From NCBI GenBank assembly GCA_965242925.1, contig CBDEUM010000039.1:64001-128000 (forward strand): DNA of 64,000 nucleotides, in the 5' to 3' direction. The first letter of the stretch is position 1. Every line of letters begins with the position of its first letter. Below, piece after piece: positions 1-9,317 of the stretch. Position numbers and translations under genes: made by a program. The stretch comes from Roseibacillus sp. (GTDB lineage Bacteria; Verrucomicrobiota; Verrucomicrobiia; Verrucomicrobiales; Akkermansiaceae). The notes beneath the pieces were generated by a model. The model was not told the origin of the DNA and ran no database searches. It worked only from the letters and a program-made list of their open reading frames with translations.

Positions 1-199
1 CTGCTCCTCAACCATGGTCCCGAATCCCTGCTTCCTAAAGATATTCAAAATATTCATTATCGTTCAGGAATCCTCAAACTGATTAATGAATCCTGACCAG
101 ACGTAACGCCAAGCCACTAGTGAATCCATACCTTGTGTCAGAAAGCGGGATAGAGGCACCTCCTCACCCCGCCGGATCATCCGGAACCCTTGCCCGGGT

Positions 200-1885
200 C
201 TACTTCTTTGACCACGAGTCGCGCAGCCCGATGGTGCGGTTGTAAACAGCCCTTCCTCCGGCCTCGTGGTAACGGGAATCCGCACAGAAGTAGCCGAGGC
301 GTTCAAACTGGCAGACGAACCCGGCGGGCTCACTGGCCAGGCCCGGTTCCACCTTCGCACCGGTGACTAGCCTGAGGGAGTCCGGATTCAGGACCGAAAG
401 GAACCCCCCCTCCGCCGCATCAGGATTCTCGTGATGAAAGAGGCGGTCGTAGAGACGCACTTCGGCATCCTCGGCCTCAGCAACGCTCACCCAGTGAATG
501 GCCGCCTTGCATACCACCCCCTCGGGCGGCGACTGGCCGATCGTGCCCGGCAGATACTCACAGTGCACCTCGGTCAGTTCCCCGCTTTCAGGATCAGTGA
601 CGTGGTCAACGTATTGCACGATGTAGCCACCACGCAGCCGCACCGCCCGGCCCGGAGCGAGGCGGAAGTACTTCCTTGGAGCCTCCACCATGAAATCATC
701 GCGCTCGATCCAGAGCTCGCGTCCAAGGGGCAGCTTGCGCAGGCCGGCATTCCCGTCCCCGGGGTTGTTCTGCACTTCCACCTCCTCCTTGTGACCGGGC
801 TCCATGTTGACCAGGACCAGCTTGAGCGGTTCCAGGACCGCCATCCGCCGGGGCGCGGTGATATTGAGCACCTTCCGCACCTCGTTCTCGAGCCGGGCCA
901 CGTCGGTGATCCCCTTGAACTTGGTGATCCCGACTCCCTCGCAGAAGTTGCGGATGGCTTCGGGTGGAAACCCCCGCCGGCGCGCTCCGGAAAGAGTGGG
1001 CATGCGCGGGTCGTCCCAGGCATCAACCTTCCCCTCCTCCACCAGCTGCAGCAGCTTGCGCTTGCTCACGACAGTGTAGTTGAGCGTGAGGCGCGAAAAC
1101 TCAATCTGTCGGGGCACGGCCGGCACCGGGCAATTCTCAATGACCCAGTCATAGATCGGCCGGTGCACTTCGAACTCCAGAGTGCAGAGCGAATGGGTGA
1201 CGTGCTCGCAGGCATCCTCAAGGGGATGCGCGAAGTCGTACATCGGATAGATACACCACTTGTCTCCCGTGTTGTGATGATTTTCGTGCAACACACGATA
1301 GATGATGGGATCACGCATGTGCATGTTGGATGATGCCATGTCCACCCTGGCCCGCAGGACAGCCTCCCCGTCCTGAAAATCCCCCGCCCGCATCTTCTCG
1401 AAGAGTTCGAGATTCTCCTCGACGGGACGGTCGCGATAGGGCGACTCCATCCCGGGTTCCGACACCGTACCGTGGGCAACGCGGATTTCCTCTGCGCTCT
1501 GCTGATCCACGAAAGCCTTGCCCTCTCTGATGAGATGGACCGCGCAGTCGTAGAAAAACTCGAAGTAGTTGCTGGCGAAGTAGAGGTGCTCGCCCCAGTC
1601 GCAACCCAGCCACCTGATGTCCTCCTGAATGCTGTCGACGTATTCCTGCTCTTCCCTGGAGGGATTGGTGTCGTCGAAGCGCAGATGGAACTCCGCGCCG
1701 GCAGAGGCGTTTTCCCGCGCGATACCCCAGCTCAGGCAGATGGCCTTGGCATGCCCGATGTGCAGGTAGCCATTCGGCTCCGGCGGAAAACGGGTGACAA
1801 TCCTCGCATGTTTCCCGCTCGCCAGATCCTCCGCCACGATGTCACGGATGAAATCATGCTTGTCGGTTGCCTCGCTCTCGCTCAT
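200..1885 (-). CDS. glnS: Glutamine--tRNA ligase
   Basis: 561 aa; TRFPPEPNGYLHIGHAK (HIGH motif), LRFDDTNP, VVSKR (KMSKS-like), WDDPRMPTL, C-terminal QFERLGYF. Confidence 0.96.
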   Translation of the reverse strand: MSESEATDKHDFIRDIVAEDLASGKHARIVTRFPPEPNGYLHIGHAKAICLSWGIARENASAGAEFHLRFDDTNPSREEQEYVDSIQEDIRWLGCDWGEHLYFASNYFEFFYDCAVHLIREGKAFVDQQSAEEIRVAHGTVSEPGMESPYRDRPVEENLELFEKMRAGDFQDGEAVLRARVDMASSNMHMRDPIIYRVLHENHHNTGDKWCIYPMYDFAHPLEDACEHVTHSLCTLEFEVHRPIYDWVIENCPVPAVPRQIEFSRLTLNYTVVSKRKLLQLVEEGKVDAWDDPRMPTLSGARRRGFPPEAIRNFCEGVGITKFKGITDVARLENEVRKVLNITAPRRMAVLEPLKLVLVNMEPGHKEEVEVQNNPGDGNAGLRKLPLGRELWIERDDFMVEAPRKYFRLAPGRAVRLRGGYIVQYVDHVTDPESGELTEVHCEYLPGTIGQSPPEGVVCKAAIHWVSVAEAEDAEVRLYDRLFHHENPDAAEGGFLSVLNPDSLRLVTGAKVEPGLASEPAGFVCQFERLGYFCADSRYHEAGGRAVYNRTIGLRDSWSKK

Positions 1886-1893
1886 CGCGCCAA

Positions 1894-3228
1894 CTAAATA
1901 CCAGCGAGTTCTTCGAACAAGACCCGGTTCAAGCGAATCCCGCCCTCGAAGTTTTCCACCGTGAAATTCTCATTGGGCGAGTGAATCTGGCAGTCGGGCA
2001 GGGCCAGACCGAGAAGGAGGGTGTCCACCCCGAGCACTTCCTTGAAATCCTGGATGATGGGAATGCTGCCTCCCTCGCGGATGAGGACAGGATCGGCCCT
2101 AAAAGTCTTGCGCAGGGCTTCCTGGGCGGCCCTGCCGTGAGCGGAATGGGGATCTGAACGGTAGGCCTGCCCGTGATGCCCCCGCTCCACCTCCACGGTC
2201 ACACCTTCAGGGCAGTGTTTTTCTAGATGGGCCTGGACCTTGTCCATGATGTCGGAGGGATCCTGACCGGGGACGAGGCGGAAAGAGAGCTTTGCGAAGG
2301 ATTCGGCCGGGAGAACCGTCTTCGAGCCCTCGCCCTGGTAGCCCCCCCAGATTCCATTGACCTCGGCGGTGGGCCGGGCCCAGAGGCGTTCGGCGGAGGT
2401 GTAGCCGCTCTCCCCGAAGAGGGAAGGCGCTCCGGTCACCCCGAGGATATCTTCCTCACTCATGCCGGGCACGCTTCTCCACATCTCGCGTTCCCAGTCC
2501 TCCAGGGCTACCACGTCGTCGTAGAACCCATCGATGGCCACGCGTCCATTGTCATCATGCAGGCTGGCCACCAGGCGCGCCACTGCAGTGCCCGGGTTGG
2601 CCACCGCTCCACCATAGACACCGGAATGCAGGTCACGGGCCGGGCCCCTTATGGCAAACTCGCAGCAGGTGATCCCGCGCAGCCCATAACCGAGAGTAGG
2701 CACCCCCGGTGCCACCATTCCGGTATCGGAAACCACGATCACATCGCAGGCGAGTTCCCCGCGATGCGCTTCCAGAAAGGGGCGCAGGCTGGGGGACCCG
2801 ATCTCTTCCTCGCCCTCCAGCAACATGATGAGGTTCACGGGCAGTTTGCCATCCTCCTCGATGGTCTCGGCGATCCCACAGAGATGCGCAAAGAACTGCC
2901 CCTTGTTATCGGTCGACCCCCGGGCCCAGATTCTGCCGTCACGAATGACCGGATCGAAGGGATCACTCTCCCAGAGCTCAAGAGGATCGACGGGTTGCAC
3001 ATCGTAGTGCCCATAAACCAGCACGGTTGGCCGATCCGCTTCCTGCTCGTTGCGACCGATCACCACCGGATGTCCACCGGTGGGACAAACCTCGCTCTGC
3101 AATCCGGCCGCCGCCATGCGGGCTGCCAGCCAATCAGCACAGGCCTGCACATCCACCTTGTGCCCGGAGTCGGTCGAAATGCTTGCAAAGCGCAACAACT
3201 CGAAGAGTTCATCCATCCAACGGTTCAC
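1894..3228 (-). CDS. M20-family metallopeptidase (dipeptidase, ArgE/DapE-like)
   Basis: YGHYDVQP, ARGSTDNKG, EGEEEIGS and IHSPNE metal-binding motifs; GTG start; stop 8 bp upstream of glnS. Confidence 0.9.
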   Translation of the reverse strand: MNRWMDELFELLRFASISTDSGHKVDVQACADWLAARMAAAGLQSEVCPTGGHPVVIGRNEQEADRPTVLVYGHYDVQPVDPLELWESDPFDPVIRDGRIWARGSTDNKGQFFAHLCGIAETIEEDGKLPVNLIMLLEGEEEIGSPSLRPFLEAHRGELACDVIVVSDTGMVAPGVPTLGYGLRGITCCEFAIRGPARDLHSGVYGGAVANPGTAVARLVASLHDDNGRVAIDGFYDDVVALEDWEREMWRSVPGMSEEDILGVTGAPSLFGESGYTSAERLWARPTAEVNGIWGGYQGEGSKTVLPAESFAKLSFRLVPGQDPSDIMDKVQAHLEKHCPEGVTVEVERGHHGQAYRSDPHSAHGRAAQEALRKTFRADPVLIREGGSIPIIQDFKEVLGVDTLLLGLALPDCQIHSPNENFTVENFEGGIRLNRVLFEELAGI

Positions 3229-3294
3229 GATCTCAATAATTCTGGTTATATTTGTTCCTGCTGCCCGGCGGGATCCGTTCCCGCCGGTAATTCC

Positions 3295-3582
3295 CTACCG
3301 CAATCGTCCCCTGGCGTCCTTGTATTCCTTGATGATGCGGAGAAAGTCATAGAGTCCGAGCAGAAAGAGGAAGATTGAAAGAAAGGCGCAACCAGCCCAA
3401 TAGAAAAGAAAACGCCCGGGAATTTCCTCCAACCAGGAAGCCAGGGGCCAGTTCCCCAGCGCGAATACCACCAGAAGGGCAACGATGGTGTAGAAGATTA
3501 TCTTCCGCCGCGTCTCACGAAATTGCAGGAGGGCCCGCGCCGCCACCCGGGCAAACGAAAACCAGCTCATCTTCTCGGGCAT
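3295..3582 (-). CDS. Small membrane protein with two hydrophobic helices
   Basis: Two hydrophobic stretches (IIFYTIVALLVVFALG; FLFYWAGCAFLSIFLFLLGLY); fills the gap between co-oriented genes; ATG at 3582 chosen (3570 also possible). Confidence 0.65.
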   Translation of the reverse strand: MPEKMSWFSFARVAARALLQFRETRRKIIFYTIVALLVVFALGNWPLASWLEEIPGRFLFYWAGCAFLSIFLFLLGLYDFLRIIKEYKDARGRLR

Positions 3583-3690
3583 CGGCTCAAAGCATCTAAC
3601 GAGAAGCACCCAAGGTCAAATCCTGAGAGCGTAGTGAACCTGCCCCGTCATTCCCTCCCGGGCCTGCAGAATGAGCGCCCGTTTATCCGA

Positions 3691-5103
3691 TCACTCTTTT
3701 CGGGCCTGCTCGTAGGCGAATCCCAGGGCGAGCAACTTCGCTTCCGCGAAGGCCGGCCCGATGAACGACAAACCGACCGGCAGACCGTCGGCCAGACCCA
3801 TCGGAACCGTAAGGTGCGGATATCCTGCGACCGCCGGCAGCGTAGTGCATGCCCCTTCGAAGGCATCACCTCCATCGAGACGGATGGGGAAGGCTCTTCC
3901 AGTCGTCGGGGCGATCAGCGCGATGCAGTCGTGGTCGGCGAGCAGTCGATCAATCCCCTCGGGACCGGCCAGGCGCTTCGCCTCGTCAACAATATCCGGC
4001 AGCTCCGGATCTGCCCCTCCTTCGGTCGCCTCGGACTGTTCGAAGATCTCCTGCCCGAAATGTGGCATCACCTCTTCAGCATGCATCTTGTTGAAAGCGA
4101 TCAGATCGGCAAGTGTCCGCGTCTTCACCCCGGAGGGCGTCGTTGCCAGGTAGGAATTGAGGTCTCGCTTGAATTCCCGGAGAAGAAGAGCCCATTCAAG
4201 CTGACCGATTCGCTTCAAATCCGGAATTTCGCTGATTTCGACGAGGGTTGCCCCGGCCTCTTCGAGGGTTCGGCGGGCCGCAGAAAAAGTGGCGGAGACC
4301 GCATCGCCGTATTCCCCGGACAGGGGCAGAAGAACTCCAAGCCTGACTCCCCGGAGCGCGTCGACATCGAGTGCCGCCTCGTAGTCAGCAGCCTTCGCGC
4401 CGATCATCCCCCCAAGCGTGCGGGCAGCAAGTTTCACATTCCGGGTCATCGGACCGGCCGTGTCCTGACTGGCCGAGATCGGAACGATTCCTTCGCCGGA
4501 CAGCAGGCCCACTGTCGGCTTGAGTCCGACAATCCCGCACATTGCCGCCGGACAAGTGACCGAGCCATCCGTCTCCGTGCCGATGGCAACATCCACCAAC
4601 CCCGATCCCACCGCGGCTCCACTGCCCGAACTTGATCCGCAGGCACTGCGGGAAGGGTCATACGGGTTGGTCGTCAAACCGCCAACGCTGCTCCAGCCGC
4701 TGGTGGATGAAGTGGAACGGAAATTCGCCCATTCCGACAGGTTCGTCTTGCCGACGATGACAGCCCCGGCACGTTTCAGGTTGGCGATGATTGGCGCATC
4801 GGCTTCCGCCATGTTCTCGAGGAGAGCCAGCGACCCGGCCGTGGTGGGCATTCCCGCGACGTGGATATTGTCTTTCACGAGCACCGGAACGCCGTTCAAC
4901 GGTCCCCGTTGGGGATTGGAATCAAGAGCACGTGCCTGCTGCACCGCGTCCGGTGCAATAGCGAGAACCGCATTGCAACTTCCTTCCCTCTCAAGTCGCT
5001 GCAGGATCGCCTCGGCACGATCACCGATACCACGCTCCTGGCACGCGGCGAAAACCAGCGAAGAAAGGACCGGCAACAATCGACAGGCGCGATCCGTGAT
5101 CAT
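3691..5103 (-). CDS. Amidase-signature family enzyme, probable lipoprotein
   Basis: GVPVLVKDN, GKTNLSEWANFRS, CGSSSGS, GTETDGS; ATG at 5103 gives a signal peptide ending in a lipobox-like VFAAC. Confidence 0.88.
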   Translation of the reverse strand: MITDRACRLLPVLSSLVFAACQERGIGDRAEAILQRLEREGSCNAVLAIAPDAVQQARALDSNPQRGPLNGVPVLVKDNIHVAGMPTTAGSLALLENMAEADAPIIANLKRAGAVIVGKTNLSEWANFRSTSSTSGWSSVGGLTTNPYDPSRSACGSSSGSGAAVGSGLVDVAIGTETDGSVTCPAAMCGIVGLKPTVGLLSGEGIVPISASQDTAGPMTRNVKLAARTLGGMIGAKAADYEAALDVDALRGVRLGVLLPLSGEYGDAVSATFSAARRTLEEAGATLVEISEIPDLKRIGQLEWALLLREFKRDLNSYLATTPSGVKTRTLADLIAFNKMHAEEVMPHFGQEIFEQSEATEGGADPELPDIVDEAKRLAGPEGIDRLLADHDCIALIAPTTGRAFPIRLDGGDAFEGACTTLPAVAGYPHLTVPMGLADGLPVGLSFIGPAFAEAKLLALGFAYEQARKE

Positions 5104-5193
5104 GCGTAGAAACGGCGGCCGATGCCTTGAAAATTTGCAAATCGACGCACAGGAGGCATTGATTCCCTCCGCGAGACAACGCTCGGCCACGCC

Positions 5194-5553
5194 TTACTCG
5201 GCTGCGGGAGGCTCTTTTGCAGCGGAGGATTCCTTCCCGGGAGCCTCCTCTGCGGCCGGTTTTTCCTCAACAGCCTTCTTGGCAACCTTCTTGGCCGCCT
5301 TCTTTGCAGTCTTCTTAGCTGCCTTCTTGGCGGTCTTTTTCGCAGCCTTCTTGGCGGTTTTCTTGACGGTCTTTTTCGCAGCCTTCTTGGCGGTTTTCTT
5401 AGCCGCAGCCTTCTTGGCTGCCTTCTTGGCTGAAGCGCTCGTGCCCCCCGAGGACTTCTTCAGGGCGATGCTCGATTTAGTTTGCTCCCGCTTGCGTTTG
5501 AAATACTGCTTTCGGCGTCGACGCTTCTGGACCTTGTTGTACTGCTTACCCAT
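5194..5553 (-). CDS. Histone H1-like Lys/Ala-rich basic protein
   Basis: Basic N-terminus KRRRRKQYFKRKRE followed by about 13 KK(A/T/V)(A/V) repeats; the repeat codons vary synonymously, which supports coding. Confidence 0.8.
   Translation of the reverse strand: MGKQYNKVQKRRRRKQYFKRKREQTKSSIALKKSSGGTSASAKKAAKKAAAKKTAKKAAKKTVKKTAKKAAKKTAKKAAKKTAKKAAKKVAKKAVEEKPAAEEAPGKESSAAKEPPAAE
5272..5430 (-). repeat. Degenerate 12-bp coding tandem repeat (KKAA/KKTA)
   Basis: Repeated gccttcttg / gtcttctt / gttttctt units on the + strand inside the H1-like gene. Confidence 0.8.
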
Positions 5554-5621
5554 GAGGTGGGCACGGCCTAAGCCTCTGCACGCCAGCTTTCAAGACAAAT
5601 CGCCCCCCAATTCTCCTCCTT

Positions 5622-6782
5622 ATGCCCGGTCTCATCATCAAACCCCGCTCCAGAATCTTCCACGGACACGACTGGGTCTATGCCTCTGAAATCAAGAAAT
5701 CCTTCGGCAATCCCCAGCCCGGAGAGGTTATTTCTCTCAAGGATTTCAAGGACAAACCCCTTGGAAGCGCCATTTACAATCCCCGCTCCCAGATCGTCGC
5801 CCGCCGCTTTTCCCGGCGAAAACAGGATCTCGACCGGGCTTTTTTCCTCCGGCGCCTGCAACTCGCTTTCACCCTCCGGGAGCGCCTCCCCGTCGATCCC
5901 ACCCTCTGTCGTTTGGCATGGAGTGAGTCCGACGGGCTGCCAGGGCTCATCGTTGACCGCTACCGCAGCCACCTCGTGGTGCAGACTCTAACCCTTGCCA
6001 TGGATCAGAGGATCGACCTCATCACCGAGGTCCTGCAGGAGTTACTGTCTCCTGATTCCATCGTGGTTCGTAATGACTCCCCCATGCGCAAGGCAGAGGG
6101 GCTCGAACCAGCCAACCTCGTCGCCCACGGGGAGAATCCCGACCCCGTGACGCTGGAAACCGGAGGTCTGCACCTTGAGGCCACGCTCCTGGCCGGGCAG
6201 AAAACCGGACTCTATCTCGATCAACTGGACGCCTATGCCCGCATCGCTTCGCTCGCTCCGGGCAAACGCGTACTCGACTGCTTCAGTAATCAGGGCGGTT
6301 TCGGACTGGCCTGCGCCCGCGCCGGAGCCGCTTCCGTGACCTGTGTCGACATCTCGGCGGAAGCCATCGCGGCTGTCAGGCGCAATGCCGAACTGAACGA
6401 TCTCAAGACCGAGACGGTGGAGGCCAATGCCTTCGACTACCTCAAGAACTGCGATGAGCAATTCGATCTGATCATCCTCGATCCTCCCTCCTTCACGCGA
6501 AGCAAGAAAGCACTGAGAGATGCCATGCGCGGCTACAAGGAAATTCACCTTCGGGCGCTCAAACTCCTCGACCATGACGGCTACCTGGCCACCTTCTCCT
6601 GTTCCCACCATGTCAGCCGGGAACTCTTCCTCAACAATGTGCGCGATGCCGCGGTCGATACCCGCCGGACTCTTCGCCTCGTGGAGTCCTTCACCCAACG
6701 CGCTGACCATCCCATTCTCCCCACAATCCCCGAGACCGAGTATCTGAAGGGGTTTTGCTTTCAACTACTTCCCGGTCGATGA
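5622..6782 (+). CDS. RlmI/RlmK-like class I SAM-dependent rRNA methyltransferase
   Basis: N-terminal PUA-like GHDWVY; SESDGLPGLIVDRY, GQKTGLYLDQ, VLDCFSNQGGF, IILDPPSF, PETEYLK. Confidence 0.9.
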   Translation: MPGLIIKPRSRIFHGHDWVYASEIKKSFGNPQPGEVISLKDFKDKPLGSAIYNPRSQIVARRFSRRKQDLDRAFFLRRLQLAFTLRERLPVDPTLCRLAWSESDGLPGLIVDRYRSHLVVQTLTLAMDQRIDLITEVLQELLSPDSIVVRNDSPMRKAEGLEPANLVAHGENPDPVTLETGGLHLEATLLAGQKTGLYLDQLDAYARIASLAPGKRVLDCFSNQGGFGLACARAGAASVTCVDISAEAIAAVRRNAELNDLKTETVEANAFDYLKNCDEQFDLIILDPPSFTRSKKALRDAMRGYKEIHLRALKLLDHDGYLATFSCSHHVSRELFLNNVRDAAVDTRRTLRLVESFTQRADHPILPTIPETEYLKGFCFQLLPGR

Positions 6783-7264
6783 AGACCGGGCTCAAGCTTC
6801 TGCTCTTTCTGGTCCCCGCGGTAGCCGCTACCCTCTACGTGCTCTGGATATTCTCCCCTGAGCAGACTGTCATCCGGCGTGCAGAAGTCCTCTTCACCTG
6901 CCTGGAGAAGAGCACGCTCAGCACCGGCACTCCCTCTGAAAAGGCCGAACGCTTCCAGGCAGTGCTTTCCCCTGCCCTTGAAATCCGGGCCCCCCACCCC
7001 GTGGAATCGGGAGCGATCGGTCCCGCCCAAGCAGGGCGGATGCTCAAGGACTTCCAACAGAGCATCACCTCCTGCAAAATCAGCTGCGAGGAAGAATCCG
7101 TGGACTTCCCGGCTGAGGACCACGCCGTTTATCAGGTTGCCATCTTTGCTGAAATCGCTCAGGGCCCCGGCCGCAAATACCACATGCGCTACCATTGCCG
7201 CATCGAGTTCAAACGCTCAGGTCGCGACTGGCTGGCGGAGGCTATTACCCTGACCCCTGTTTGA
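6779..7264 (+). CDS. Hypothetical protein with N-terminal membrane anchor (possibly NTF2/SnoaL-like fold)
   Basis: ATGA overlap with the methyltransferase stop (6779-6782); hydrophobic N-terminus; the fold is inferred from a helix-then-strands pattern ending in ...FKRSGRDWL. Confidence 0.65.
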   Translation: MKTGLKLLLFLVPAVAATLYVLWIFSPEQTVIRRAEVLFTCLEKSTLSTGTPSEKAERFQAVLSPALEIRAPHPVESGAIGPAQAGRMLKDFQQSITSCKISCEEESVDFPAEDHAVYQVAIFAEIAQGPGRKYHMRYHCRIEFKRSGRDWLAEAITLTPV

Positions 7265-7408
7265 TCCCGGCCACCCATCCGTCACGGGATCCCTGACTCC
7301 AAAAGGCTCAATTGCAGGCTTTGTGGCCCTTTAACGGCTTTCCGGCCAAAATTCCTTGGCAAACCGGGGGAATTCCTCCAAGTTCCGCCGCCCCACGCTC
7401 CACAGCAC

Positions 7409-7669
7409 ATGGTAGTTCTTCGACTCACACGCAAAGGCACCAAGGATCGCCCCTACTACAAAATTGTAGCGGTCGATCGCCGCAAACGCCGGGACGGCCG
7501 CTATATCGAACAAATCGGCACCTATGATCCCCTGCAGAGCGGCATGAACTACACTCTCGATCTCGAGAAGGCCGATGGCTGGGTCAGCAAGGGTGCCAAA
7601 CCGTCCGAGACGGTGGCCAGCATCATCAAGAAGGCTCGCCAGATCAAAGAAGCTGCCACCGAGGCTTAG
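7409..7669 (+). CDS. rpsP: 30S ribosomal protein S16
   Basis: [41 protein letters not shown]...GAKPSETV. Confidence 0.98.
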   Translation: MVVLRLTRKGTKDRPYYKIVAVDRRKRRDGRYIEQIGTYDPLQSGMNYTLDLEKADGWVSKGAKPSETVASIIKKARQIKEAATEA

Positions 7670-7713
7670 CCCCGGTAAAAGGAAAACCCGTTCGGCATCC
7701 CTGCTGAAGGCCG

Positions 7714-8223
7714 TCACAGCACCGCCCGCAGGAACTGCTCGATCTGCTCCAGCGACTCCGCCTGCGCTACACCCTGGGCCGCTCCTCCCCCTCCAAGGCC
7801 GATGACCGGCTTCCGGAACCGCTGGGCAAGCCCCGCCTCGGAAGCCGTTCCTTCCCCTCCCGGCAGAATGATCACTGCGTCCGCTGTCGCAATATTGATC
7901 GCGTTGCGGGAACGTTCGGTCCCTCCTTCTGCCCCCCGACCAGGAAGATGGGTCCGGATGACGAGTTCCACATGCTCGTTGGGATATCCCGGAGGCGACT
8001 CCGGGGCCTCTTCCCCTGTCAGGCCGGGTAGAATCCCGAGAGTGAGGCCAGGGCGTCGCCCCACGGACCGGAACCCCTTCGACACCGATCTCATGACCCC
8101 TGATCCGCCTCCAGTAAGGAGATGCACACCCAGGCGGGCCAGCATTTCGCCCAGGGCCAGGGAGAGGTTCTCATGCTCCTGCCGGCCGGAACCCATCACT
8201 CCCACAATCTTCAATCTCTTCAT
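7714..8223 (-). CDS. LOG/SLOG-family (molybdenum-cofactor-carrier-like) nucleotide-binding protein
   Basis: VGVMGSG, LLTGGGSGVM, RNAINIATADAVIILPGGEGTASE. Confidence 0.8.
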   Translation of the reverse strand: MKRLKIVGVMGSGRQEHENLSLALGEMLARLGVHLLTGGGSGVMRSVSKGFRSVGRRPGLTLGILPGLTGEEAPESPPGYPNEHVELVIRTHLPGRGAEGGTERSRNAINIATADAVIILPGGEGTASEAGLAQRFRKPVIGLGGGGAAQGVAQAESLEQIEQFLRAVL

Positions 8224-8333
8224 TTTTCTCCCCGTCTCACACCACGTTTCAAGAGAGAGTAGCGAGAGCTCTCAACAAATCACTTCCAGCAGAATACCGG
8301 ACTCTCGTCCCGCACCCATTCCCGGAGACCCGT

Positions 8334-9077
8334 CTACCAGTAAAGCGTCAACCCCGGCCGACCAAATCGCCGCCGCACCTGGGTGCCTTGGCGCCACTCA
8401 ACGTGACCATCCATGAACCCAAGGTGCGCGCCCTTGAACTTCTCATCCTCCTGGTAGTTGCCGATCTGCCGGTTGTTCCAGACCACAGCCAGATCAACCC
8501 AGAGAATGGGATAGGCGACCGTCTCACCAGTTCGCGTCGGGGTCCAACGATACGTTTCGTCATCCTCGTTGAAGACGTCATCGCGAATACGCTCCCACTC
8601 CTTCGCCTCCGGTGGCACGAACTCCCCGTTATCCGTCCAAACTGGATCGTCGATCACGCAGGCATAGGAGAATAGCGAGGAGGAACCCTCATCCACTCCT
8701 CCATAATTCCAGAGATCCATGTTGCTCTGACAGCTGTCCTTGCCGTCAGTCGTCCAACACTCATTGGAAGCATTGTAGGCCAGGTCCCGGGTGATCTTGT
8801 TATCCTCCCGCCACTCCCAACTGAACCAGAATGGAGCCCCACCGTTTTCAGTGACAAAATGCACCCTGGGGAAAATCCCGTTGTTGTCTCCTGCTCCTGC
8901 AAGCGAAATGGCGGACAGCTGCTTGATGTCCGAGATTGAACCGGTCTTGTGTGCAGCGGCAGTGATCTTGCCCACTCCCACGAAGGTCATGGCTGCAAGA
9001 GTGAGAATGATCGCCACAACCACCAGAACTTCAATCAGGGTGAAGCCGCTTCTCGAGGCAGAGGTTTCTAGTCTCAT
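8334..9077 (-). CDS. Prepilin-type N-terminal cleavage/methylation protein (PVC pseudopilin-like, H-X9-DG-type C-terminus)
   Basis: G|FTLIEVLVVVAIILTLAA after a short leader from ATG 9077; C-terminal GAHLGFMDGHVEWR. Confidence 0.85.
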   Translation of the reverse strand: MRLETSASRSGFTLIEVLVVVAIILTLAAMTFVGVGKITAAAHKTGSISDIKQLSAISLAGAGDNNGIFPRVHFVTENGGAPFWFSWEWREDNKITRDLAYNASNECWTTDGKDSCQSNMDLWNYGGVDEGSSSLFSYACVIDDPVWTDNGEFVPPEAKEWERIRDDVFNEDDETYRWTPTRTGETVAYPILWVDLAVVWNNRQIGNYQEDEKFKGAHLGFMDGHVEWRQGTQVRRRFGRPGLTLYW

Positions 9078-9317
9078 GGAATTACCGCTATCAGGTAGAG
9101 GCCCCCGACCCGATGTCAATTCCAACAACATTTTAATCCTCTTCAGATCATGAAAAGTGAAAAATTGCACGGTCAAGGCATTCCAGGAGGAAGAACACTG
9201 TTCTCCCTTCCAAAAACTGCGTTTTTGCGCTATCCGGCTCCATCCATTGCTGGATTCGGGAACTGACCCGACGCCCACGGTTTACAAACATCCTCTGGAG
9301 CGCTAGACGAAGCGATC

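Noticed and set aside
1..199. Possible minus-strand gene start at 15 (MVEEQ...) with an AT-rich upstream region, and the 98-aa ORF 64..360
   Set aside because: Only five codons are visible for the first; the second overlaps glnS and has no motifs
3691..5103. gatA call for the amidase near glnS
   Set aside because: It has NLSEWANFRS and a lipoprotein-like signal, typical of secreted amidases, and no gatB/gatC is adjacent
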